In this document: piece by piece, positions 11,264 to 23,800 of the stretch
Layout: every line of letters starts with the position of its first letter
Position numbering within the stretch: the first letter of the stretch is position 1
DNA from: Trichoplax sp. H2
Lineage: Eukaryota
Length of the DNA: 64,000 bases
Direction: 5' to 3'
Assembly (NCBI GenBank): GCA_003344405.1
Contig: NOWV01000014.1
Location: 620,001 to 684,000 of the forward strand
Program-made: the position numbers and the translations under genes
The notes under the pieces: generated by a model
Databases searched by the model: none
Told to the model about the DNA's origin: nothing
The model's input: the letters and a program-made list of their open reading frames with translations, nothing else

Positions 11264-14200
11264 CTGTAAGTCAATGAATTTTCTTGTTTCAAAGTCCTTG
11301 GTGTGACTGTACTGCGCGCAGTACCAGTTTGTGTTACTGAACCGTTTATCACGGTGAAACTCTATCAGACTCTGCAGTACATCAGAAACTTCTTGAATTA
11401 AGTTAAGTTAATAAGGTTGAAAGAGAAGGGCAGTATATACTGTACATACAATAAGGTACAGCAAAAACGATTATTCAACTAAGAATTTCCCCCTTAAAAA
11501 TCGTAACTAAAATTTTCCCTTACACTGTGTTTGTTAAATATAGGAAAATTTTGGATCATTTTAGTTACGGCTTTTTGAGGTAGAAATCTTAATTGAGTGG
11601 TCCCTGGTAAAAACACGAGGGCCGACTATCTTGCTGATCATAATGTACTACTGACTAATTACAATTATCTGCTACTGCTTGATCGGTTTTATGCAACCAT
11701 AGTCTTCTTCTAGTCTTCTAGTACTGTAGTCCATAGTGCAGCGGGTATGGGGTTTCAGTATGATGCACAGACCCTAAAAGGAGATCTACTGTACGTTGTC
11801 ATGGACTACGAAATATTTTTACTAGTCCACGAGCAGTCCATGACTGTGTGTTCTCAGTATTTGTGTCGGGTTAGCTTTTTTCTTTACTGAATCCATACAA
11901 AAGTTTAATTTGAGGGCTACAGGCCCGAATACAGTATTTTATTTCTTATGTAAAGAAAGTTTCTTATTTTTATTATAGGTGCGCGTTCAGCTGTCCGCTA
12001 ACTAATCACGAACGGACTCTAAAGAGAATATTCTTACATTGCCCCGTAGAATATATACGCATATACTGCTAATGGAACTGAATACACTAGGTTAAAGGGC
12101 AGGTGCAGGAACTTAGAAGAGAAAATTCTTACGGGCCCTTGGTAGGAATCAGTTAAAATGAAATGACATATAATTTACCGCATATCTACAAGAATTCAAA
12201 TGAAATGATTCACTTATACCGATTAATGCAAAGTGGGAGTGAGTATTACAATATACCCGATGAAAAGGAGACAGGGGTGATATACTGTACCTCCTCAGAC
12301 TCTGAACTGTTGTGGTTTGAGAAATTCTTGAAATAGACTACAGTAGGATGTAAAGTATATGTAAAGAAGCGTAAGTATAATAAACGAAGTATCAAGAGTG
12401 TGGATTCCACGAGCAGTATTTAAGCACCAAGTATAAAGAGTGGGATATTCTTCGAGTGCTGCCATTACAAAAGCATATCCTGACCGCAAATCAATTCATT
12501 GAACGAATTTTTATTTCATTAATATTAGTCGAAACTGTATTGCATTTGACAATAATGAACATTAACTTAGCTAAATTATTCCAAGTCATGGCGTAATTAT
12601 TTCACAAACATGTATGGCAATTGTCATAAACCGGTGAACTCGTAACAAAATTATCTGTTAATCATGGCAAGCTTAGCTTGCTGTCAACAACATCAACAAA
12701 ATGATTTTTTTCAATCTAGGAATTAATCAATGATTACAATAGTAATTAATCAAAATAATGGATTGATTCTTGAATGGAATGAATTTCGTAACAATTAAGA
12801 GATAGATTAGGTGCACTCATAAAATAAGAGTAACTCATTACATCAACTAGTTAAAACTATAACCATGTTATCAACAATTCTGCAAGAATTCTAATATCAA
12901 TAACAGCAACAAAAATCGGACAGTACAACACATAAATTGTCGACAGGAATGGCCAGCATATTAATATATACAGGTGCACGTTAAACATCAACAGATTAAC
13001 TTCACTAACTGCGACTTTAAATTAACAACGTTAGCAAAACATAATGATCAAAATACTTGTCATATCCAAGTTATGGAAAAATACCATAGTTACATGATGA
13101 TGATATTTAAAAAAAAAATGGAATGTTACTATGCAGATTAACAATGCATCATTTCATATAAATAGATGCCATCACAGCAAAAGATTGCAGATGATTTCAT
13201 ATTTCAGCATTATACACATCGTTCTGAATTCACCTTCAATAGTACATTTTATCCAATGTACGATTTCAATTAAATATTTAAACCGTTCAAATTCAAAGAA
13301 TGATGATCAAATTATTGTCCAGGACGATGAACTGATAAATACTGATTTCCTTTTTTAATTGAAGTAATGACAGTAATAATGCAATCAGACATGATCAATA
13401 CAGCAAATAAAATTTATCATCTTTACAAAATAAGAATTTTCTTCATAGTTGTTATTTATCAACAAAATGAGAATTTAACCGAAGCAAACAACATGTTAAA
13501 GCAGTAAAAATGGTATTGATACCGCAAAAGAGACGAAATAGATTCACAGAATGGCTTCAATATAGCAGTTGCAACAGGTTCCATAACTTAATGCATTGAG
13601 AAAAGTAGATTTCAATCAGATAATAATCGTTATTTTTAAATCATCAGCTCCACCATAGTTAAGCTAAGCTACTTTTATATAATGCTATAGTACTTATTAC
13701 TTAATAGTGAGTACCAAAGGTAGCCTTTATGTTACAAAATTGCTTCAAGTAAAGGGTACAAAGCATGATCATAGTTAATCCAAAAAAGAATAACTATGCA
13801 AATTATGGACTTATCTAGTAATACGGCAATTTAGCAATAAATTTCTGATAGTAATTTAATAATAGTGAATGAAATTTTCGCCTGTTATAGCAGTAAGTTG
13901 AGTCATTACCTAATGATATTACTTTATCGTAAATATTTAGGCGGATTCCAACAGGAAGCTTCAAATGTTATACTTATTTACCTTCCTTGGTAGATGAAGG
14001 ACTTGTGCTGAAGTTAAAAAGTGGAAATTAAGTCTTCAGCTGACGGTACCTTTCAAATATAGTTTTTGTACTATTTCCATGAGTGAAAGATCATGATAGA
14101 AGTAGTAGCCAATAATTCCAAGTTGATACAATAACACAGCCACATCACAGTCACTTTTTACGAGATGAAAGTCATACACGTTCGATAAATTAGCTTCAGT

Positions 14201-14889
14201 AAAGAGAAATGGCGATACAAGCTGTATTTCATTAGCGTACAGAGTAACATGATTTCTAGTGAAGTTGAATCATTGAGTTTATAATCAATTGATAAAAAAT
14301 ATCATTAGAGTGCCTAATTGATATCAATCCATTATAAGAAAAATGACAAGCATTTGTTTGTTGTCAGTATCAAATTACAGATCTTTGGTAGACATTATTA
14401 AAGTAATATTAGAAATTGTAACAGTTTGAATCATCGAATTGAATTATCAGCCACAAACGAAGTCGATGTTGGCCATTATTAGCAATTTAATCCTTGGATT
14501 ACGTTAAATTTACAACGGTATATGCTTTTAGTAAATAGAATGATTCTATAAAAAAATTGTTATTTTAATAAGGATTATGTATCATGATTAAAGTTTTAGC
14601 TATGTTAAACATTCTGCTTCAAATTTCAATTGCCGTCCAATCTCTTCTACTATAACCATTGACATCATTTTGTTATATATAAATATTTATATTCACATTG
14701 TGAGTATTACTCATAAGATAGCTTTCCTCTCGTTTTATACTAGTAACTAGTTGCAGTATCATAGCATCATTACTTGCTATAATATTTATCTCATCAGTAA
14801 CATGTTAACCATGAAGAGAACATTGCAATGGATTAGGCAATTGATACTGTAAATTTGTCATCTATATACAATATTATCGCAATTTCCAA

Positions 14890-17800
14890 TTAAATAAAGG
14901 TTGGTTTGTTACCAATCATAGCATCTGAACGATTACTACTACGATGCGAACTTGAACTAGATATTTCTAAATTGCCTGGGCCACGATGATTTCCAGCTGA
15001 TAATTCACGAACGTATTTAGAACGAGGTATTGTGCCAGAAACAGAAGGATCACGATTTAAACTGCCACGTCTTGAGTTAGAGCTAGGATAGTCATTACTG
15101 CCTCGTCTTGATCGTGGTGTTCGACCATCTGATTGATAGCCATGTTCATAATTATCATCAGATGGTATTTGCGATAAAGAAGGATTATAGTCATAATTTC
15201 GATTATGTTGTACAGATAGCTGGCGAGGTGTTGTACCATAAATTGAAGCCATAGAATATTCAGGATCATAACTACGACTACGATTCATTTCACGATTGAG
15301 ACTGCCAAATTTGTTTTGTGATGATGCAAGTGGATCTACTGGACTATTGGTATGGGATTTGCTACCGGGTAGAATTTTTTGCTTACGTGGTGTTCGTCTA
15401 TTCATACTGTTATATCTTATTTCATCTTCTGATGCTGATTGCATACTATCATATTGCTTTTTTCGTGGTGATCTTGGTGGCAGTGGATCATTTGGGCTAC
15501 TATCATAGACTGATCCATTGCCTCGACGAGATGATTGTCTACCTAAACTATTGTATCTAGTTTCATCATCAGGTGTGGATAATTCATCTTCATCATGTAA
15601 CGGTAATAAATCTAGCTTTTTTGGACGTCGTATTTTATAATCTTGACTATTTAATGATGCATCACGAGGTAAACTATGGAATAACTGCTTACGAGCACTA
15701 CTTTGACCACGACCACTTTGATTAGTGATGTTATGCGGTAAAGTATTGGTATGCATACCATGCTTTGGTACAACGATATCGCTGTCATATCCATTTGTCG
15801 ATTGCTGTTTACCATCTAGTCCATTCTTGCGAAATTCCGCTGGTAAAGAATTATAGGGGCCATTGTGGTACGCTTTAGGAAGGTCTCTTTTCAACGAATT
15901 AGTTGAATAATCGACTTGATCTTCCGGCTTCATCGATTCATAAGCTAAATTAGGATTATCCATACATTTATCGTAATTAGGTGGTATACCATTGACAGAA
16001 TTTAAGGTATTACTGGTAGACATGGATAAATTGTTGTTGGAACGATGCAGCTCTTCATTTTTCGTTAAATTAACAAACTGTTGAATACTTGCGTTATTAT
16101 TCTTCATTGGTGTACTAGTGATACTTGCAGCAGGTGTATTTGGTGCGGTAATAGTGTCTAATTCAGTTACATTTTTACTATCTTCGCCGGTATAGAATGT
16201 TTTACGTTTATTGGATTGTCGACATAGTAGATAGATTGCCACAATGACTGTTATAACAAGCAGTCCAGCAGTACTTATAAATGCATATAACCATACGTTG
16301 ACACCATTACCTTGACCTTGTGGATTACTTGTAACTCCGACAGAACTAAAAATACTAGATACAGTTGGAATGATTATACCCGATGTAGATATTGATTTCC
16401 ATTGACTTGCAACGCAATCCTCTGTTTTATTGCTATAACATGCTCGAACTGAATAATCGTATTGCTGATTTGTACGAATATTGCCATCTTCGTAGGTAAG
16501 AGACTTTTCAGCTGTTGTAGTGGTAGTGTGAATGAATTTAGTACAGTTATCACCTTTGCGATAGATTTGATAATAAATAGCTTTATTGGTTGGTAGGTCA
16601 GCAACAGCTCGCCATTTAATGTTGATTCGATTATTTTGAATACTTAATTCGTTTAAAATGGGTGTACCTGCTTTAGTAGTGACTTTAGTATTACACAGGT
16701 TGCCGCAAGTTTTCGCCTGAAAAGGACGCATTTCAAAAGTAAACGATTTACCAGGTGATAGATTATCGACTTGGATATTGGTTGACGTAATACGATTTGT
16801 ATAATTTTTATAAATTATATTATCTCGTAATAAAGCTGCGCCACTATTGCAATTTGTACCACTTAATGAGACGCTTAAGACTGCCGAAGTATAACTGACA
16901 GAAGTCGCCGTTAGTGAACAACTACTAACACATGGGCAACTGTCCACAGTTCTATCATCTAATCGCTGTAGCCAATGTTGCATATTACTAGATGGCATAG
17001 TAGTGCATAGATTACTTTGAGTATTCCATCCACAATAAGGGTCCTTTATGCCAAGGCAATCCTCACAACTCTTATACCGTTGACATTGACTTAGTGGCAC
17101 TTGGGCAACTAATGTTTCAGTACCAAGATACAAATAGGATTTGCTATTGGCTTTATGCAATTCCATCGATAATATCTTGCGATTGTTGCCCTTAGCATAA
17201 CTTGGCAAAACATCTATGGTTTCAATCTTGTGAGCTTTCGTGAATTTACGTGTTGCAGAATCCAGTAGCATGACTACTTTGTCAACATGACCAGTGTCTA
17301 AACTGACAAACATGACATCGTAAACTTCACCACTTTTAGCTGTAACTTGATCAATTGCAATGCGACTAAATTGGCCAGTTCGAACATATAATGGTCTGCC
17401 TGTTAGTGGTTGAACTGGATTATACATGAGTTGATACTTGAAAGCAACTTTAGCTTCATCAGCTGCGGTTGTTGGGCTTTGCTTGCATAGTCTATAACGA
17501 TCTACAAGTGGATTCTTTTGACGGATCCATGCCGAATCAACATCGAGTTTAGGTCCGGAGTTTGTATCATTGAAGCGTTGCGCTTTAAAATCGCTAAAAA
17601 ATGAAGTATTGAGAGCTTTAACATCATAAACGCATATCGCTGAAGATGTCACAACGCCATTCGTTGCAGTTGTAAAGACACCATAGAATAAATCACGCTT
17701 TGTATGAATACCATTGGGATTATAAGTTCCTGAAATGTGTTGTACATGCTCTAGAAAATGTTGAAATCAAATCATATATTAATAATCAACATCTATCAAA

Positions 17801-20800
17801 TAAGTAATAAAGTATTGCAAGTACAGTCTAAAAAAATTTACAATTTTGCTAATCATAATTAATCATTATGAACAATATCTTTAAAAAGTAGCTAAAGAAT
17901 TTATTAGCACAGCCTGAATCTATAGATTTCCCTATAGCATGTTGCGAGTATATTAGAAATATTTTTATTATCACGGCTTATTATTATTAGCTTACCTTAG
18001 GACATACAAAATGTACATCAGAATACTATAATTATATATCACATAACATATAATCAACTTACTCATATAGTTGAAGTAATAAGGATATTGACCAGGTAAT
18101 GAGCAGTCCAAGCGCGCTTTCTGAAAGGAGGTCATCATATGCCTCAAGCCAGCATTAGGAGCACCTTGGTCATTCTACATATTTAATTTAAACTCAGTTA
18201 GACTTTTCTAGTTCTACACTTGAATTAGAATCGGATACAAAAACTTTTCAACAATTTTAATAGCGTCGAAAATTACTCACCTTACATATTCTTGATACAC
18301 GAGAAAATATCATCTATGATGAATTAAAATTTTAATTTTATTATTAGTGCATTATATAATTTTTTTTAATTATATAGCTTATTTTTCGTCAATTTTGTAA
18401 CGTTATGCCACAATTCATTGACTGACATCATAGTTTAATTTTAGCATGAAAAAAATTATAACTAAAAGTTTATAATCAATTTGCTGCCTGGAGCATTATT
18501 TTTAGCTGCGTTATTCATTTTTTTAAGTAATATTGTAAATGCTTAAATCTATATTTACTTTTTCAACAGTTTCGGCTTCTGTAGCATGTTCGCGGAAGAA
18601 AAAGAAAATTTCACCAGGAAGAGAAATTTCAGCAACATAATGAGGATCTAGTTAAATATAACATTAAAAGAGTAAGTTTCAAATTGTTTATCCCATTTTA
18701 GCAAGGTCTTTAAAGATATACGTACGAAGAACGCACAAACTGTAGCATTGTGAATATTAAATACATATTGAGTATGAGTAGATATACATTTCGCATCTAG
18801 TAGTATAATAAAAAGAAAGGATACTATACAAGCTCTCCATATATTTAAATCAGTTAAAGATATCAAATTCGTCGCACTGTATCAATGGCAGCATAGAAAA
18901 CATCCATGACTACACATTCTAAACCGAATACTGTAGAATGAATTACCGTTTAACCAACGATTGTTGACCTCCGATCGTACATATGAGTTTACATTTTCCA
19001 ATTCGGACATCTGTATCGTTGGATTGCCGTTATGGTTATAGCTAAAGGCGATCTTGTTTCCTGTTTCAGTTTAAAGGATATACATATATATATTTCGCTC
19101 AATACATATAGAATTGGAAATATAACTATGAACATTATATATTAAACATGTGATTAACTATAAACTAAGTAAAACTATCTATCGCATGTATCCTATCCGA
19201 CTAAGCCTAACGAAGCAATATGAAAATAAAAACATCACCTCATGACTTATTTAAAGGCTGTGAGTATCTTACCGTCAACAATTGCACCATTATCCACGGT
19301 TGGATCACTTGGACAGTAATAATTTTGAGGATTTGTCAACATATTGTCTAGATTAGATAGCTACAATTATGCAATAAGTGGAGAAAGTTGATTAGAGTTT
19401 GCTGATAACTTCAGTTTATATTATCTAACTGAGATTTATCAATATTCAAATTCGATCTAAATCACTCAATTCCTTCACTCTATACAACACGTGAGAAGAT
19501 AAAACAGTAATTCATGAGAGCAAATATGGCTATACATCTATAAACATTACTATTGTAGTGGTATTTAGACGAAAAATGCATCTATTCTAACTATTATTTA
19601 GCAAACGTGTAGACCCAATATGAAACTGAGAGAAGCTAAAGTACTGTTTATTTGTCAAATAAGAAAATCATTTTGGAAGTTATTTTAGATTTTGATGATG
19701 ACTACAATTTTATATTTTGAGGGATTTTGGACATTCAGAGTGATATATTTATGTTTTTGATCATATCAAATCAGTATTATCAGGTTAAAGTTTACAGTTA
19801 AATTTACATAAAAATCTTATGAATTCATATACGTAATTTACGTCAACTTTGATTTATACTTGAAAAATATCTATTTTACTACAGCCATTACATTTAACGA
19901 AATGCAATATCTTAAGGCCATAATTTCCATTTCTTGATGATTGGGGAACTACATTTGTAGGATTTTCTACAGCCAAGCTAAAATTTTTACACTATACACT
20001 ACGGCTAAAATTACCTCTATTTTCTATTTAAATTAGAGGCGAATTGCTAAGCAAAATCTCTCAGGATTTTGTATATCGACATTATCTATGGATTAAGGTT
20101 ATGATATGTTGATATCTATATGAATTTATCATCGCTGCCAGGAAACTACGATAATTGATACACAGTAACATTTAAAGTCTGAATTTCATTGCATATCAAG
20201 ACTATTACTTCAAGTCGATTTTGATAGTGTAAAATCGCAGTATACCAAACGTTATACTCACTTAAACTAACTAATTTAATTAATCCTTTATGAATATTTT
20301 TAAAGTGTCTGCGTAGATTTTTAAAAGTCAAATGAATGTCTGCAAAATGTATTTGTCCGGGAATTTTTTAAATTAATAGCGTGCTATTTATAGTTTTGTT
20401 TACCACCAAATTAATTCATTCCTTTATTGACATTTTTCTTACCGATCGATTTTGACAGATGGGTTGGTAGGCGTTCGTACCACAAACTAATAAGGTATCA
20501 TCATGGACCAGTAAGACACGGACGAAATTTTCGCATTGTTGCACTTTCTGTAAACAAATATATAATAAACTAATTAGATAAATAAACGTTTAGAGCTTAG
20601 AAGAATATTTAATATCAATTAATGTATAAGTGTTGTATAATTAATTTTGTCTGGATTTTATTTCCTATTAGCTGTATCGAATAGAACGACTTTTCGTTCC
20701 TTATTATATCTTCAATTAATGACATTGATTTTTATCGTGATTGAAATTGCATTAAAAGAGTAAGATGCTTTTCAACTGCAATCGTAGAAAGGACGATAAA

Positions 20801-23800
20801 AAAATATACGTTATCTCATTTCTTTCTAATTAACTATCGTCCAATGAGCGACGTAAAAACAATATTGCTGATTATAGACAATAAATAACTTTATTTACTG
20901 TCTGTCTAATAATTTACCGTCGGTCTTGCGCTAGTGCAAGTCGATTTAATTGCTTGATTAACAGGTACAGGATACACCTATAGGAAAAATAAATAGTCAT
21001 TGTATGAGCGTCTAAAGGTCAAGCTTTCCATTTTTGCAAAGGTAGAGCACTATTTGATGCTAGAGTTAATATCGCAATAGATCCAATTCTAGTAAAATAG
21101 CCTGGCTTACCCTTGGTGATAGTGATATATCCGATGTATCCAAGCTAACGAAAGCATTTCTAAAAGACGATTAGAATATTCACAAAGGTTAAAATGCGAA
21201 TAAAGGGATCATTGCTGATCCATTTTTTAGACCTATTCAATCGTTATGATTTAATGGAGGCGATCAACCTAGGAAGTTAGTCAATAGGATTGAGCAACCG
21301 TACTTAATTGATCATTGACTTACTTTGCTCCAACAATTAACTTCCTGCGACCTGAATCGTAGGCCATTCTTGCATAGTTAGTATAAGATGGGTTGTTATA
21401 AACAATAGCATTGATTTCTGTTGGTAATAAATAGAATGATAGAAAATAACAACGTTAGAATAAACCTGTTTTGATATAATTTTACACATTTGATAAAAAG
21501 AGAAAGAAAAGAAATGATTGCGTTAGATTAAATCTATATTATATCATTTCATATAGTTAATAAAATGGAAAAGAATGTAAATGATAGGGTTAGAATAATT
21601 CTGTTCGATATAATTGTGCACACTTAATAGAATCGAAAAGAAGGTAAATGATTTGGTTAGAATAATTCTACACATTTTTTGTTCAATTCAACAGATACTG
21701 TACTGTAATAGCTCGATCATAAGACAAGGGCTGCTTGTAATGAAGTTTATTCAATATGTGGGTAGAATTTAGTTGTTATTATGCTATTGTAATATATCTC
21801 ACCTACGTGGAAAAGTAATACAGTCTCAAAAATATCGCTAGAAAATTCGTATACTGTCTATCCCTTTTTGGTCATTCTATGAGTATAGTATGTGTCGTAA
21901 TTAATCATAGCGTTGAAAAGCGGTCTGTAAAAGTCAAGCTTACTCGATAAAATTCTCAGATATATCACGCTAATATCATTAGCTCCATTAACTCTAGATA
22001 ACATTAAACTAACTCCATTCCATAGATAATTTCATATAAACTTTTCTACTCGATGTATTAGGCCATCCCGTATCCCTATTTTTACATAATAACAGCTCAA
22101 AAGAAAAAAGTCATTTAACTTTCGTCAAACTCTATCTCAGCCTGACATTGAATACTAACCTATCGAACAGATATTAAAATTAATCGTGGGCAAATAAGGT
22201 CACGATTAGAAATAGTTATTTTACACTTTGATAGACATAATTTTTTCATCATTTTCTATAGAATAGTAAGAGTAAACATTTGGCTCGTAGTAAAAATTGC
22301 TAGCAATTGTTTTTATAATATTATTATTTTCCCTGATTTCAACAATATTAAACAACATCATGATTTAATGCCTTTACCGCAGAGGAAATGTAGTTGAAAT
22401 ATCGTTCTAGATAGTTTAATTTATATATCACAAGATATACCGTCATAAAATATTGACTAGTTAATGCTTTAGTGGCCGACTCTGCGTTAGCCTAGTAACG
22501 TAGGATGCACTCCATGTTGTTCTTGGAGCTCATCACGTGTTTAGAAGCTATCACAAATGGTCAAAGGGTAAAGGTAGGGGGTCAGCAAAAAAACAACGGC
22601 AGCCATCCATTAAGCCAAAGCGATACGAATAACATTGAAAGATTATTTTCTGAATTGTTTTGTACAATGATATAGTTACAAGTAGATTGAAAACGATGAT
22701 GATTGATTTTTGTATTCTTAAAGCTACGTCAGATTTATCTATTTTGTACATTTAGTATAAGAATGATAATTAATGGAAAGTTTCACAGCTTGTATAAAAT
22801 AGGAATCAGACAAATTGTAAATATTCAGATTCTTTCGCAGACTTGAAAAGATGCAGTTACTTTTTGACAATGAATAGTCACAATTGTCTATAGTATTTTA
22901 AAATCGTTGTTTTAGGTCGTACTTAAGAGGGTCGCAAAAGATCATTAGATTCCTTTACAATCAGGAATTAGTTCAGGAGTCTGGGTTAGGAGTAAAATTC
23001 AGTTGAGTGATAATCGTAGCTAGTACAATTCTACACACAATATTTAGAGAAGTGACAATTGGTCAATAAAGATTTTATACTGCTTTAATGGAGTCGTGCT
23101 CTATTGCTAGAATCAAATAACAGTCAAAATACGACTCCTATTTGATCCAAGACTGAAAGTCAATTAGGCGATATGATTTTAACACTATATATATACTCAA
23201 TCAACATTTTATATGGCATTCACGGAATCGTATTCAACATTGAGTGTAAAATAACGAAATGAAATTACTAATTTCATCTAAGACTGAAAAGAGATCTAAG
23301 AATACTAATTATAACTACAATTAGTACACGGATTGGTGTCCAATATTTAGCGTTAAGTAACTTTGTAAAACTACCTATTTCAGCTAATACTGAAAGAAGA
23401 TCTAATAACGTTAGTAGCCACTATCATTAATTTACAGATTCCTGTTCAATATTTAGTGTAGAATAACGAAGTAAAACTAAGAGATCTAAGAATATTAGAA
23501 GTTACTACAATTAATTCATGAATTCGTATTGAGAATGAATTTACTAATGTAGTAGTCATAACAGGCGAGGAAGATGAATATTGGTTGCGATTTAAAGGAG
23601 TTCTGTTCAACGATTAAGCAGATGTAAAGGAGAGAAAAAAAGTCCTGTTTACAATCTGAATTAAAATTAAATGGGATATCATAGTCAAGGCTATGATTGG
23701 GCTCTTTATGACAAGAAAATAAGTCCAAGACTGAAATGGATACTACTACTCGCGACAACAGTTCTAGATTTTCAATAAGAACATATTGAAATAGATGACA

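Larger units (their letters stand above)
10184..11306. repeat. Direct duplication across an assembly gap (10184-10597 vs 10618-11306; Ns at 10598-10617)
   Basis: Near-identical sequence on both sides of the 20-N gap, differing in repeat-unit number and one short indel. Confidence 0.9.

Noticed and set aside
11979..12489. Exon-like segment and 64-aa ORF between the repeat zone and the semaphorin 3' end
   Set aside because: The plus-strand segment has stops in all frames, and the ORF has no recognisable motif or ATG start.
15057..16604. Short ORFs overlapping the semaphorin terminal exon
   Set aside because: Alternate-frame or antisense shadows of the long coding exon.
19066..19081. ATATCCTTT on the minus strand inside a semaphorin intron
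   Set aside because: It lies near the acceptor rather than at a donor, and that intron has a normal GTAAG donor.
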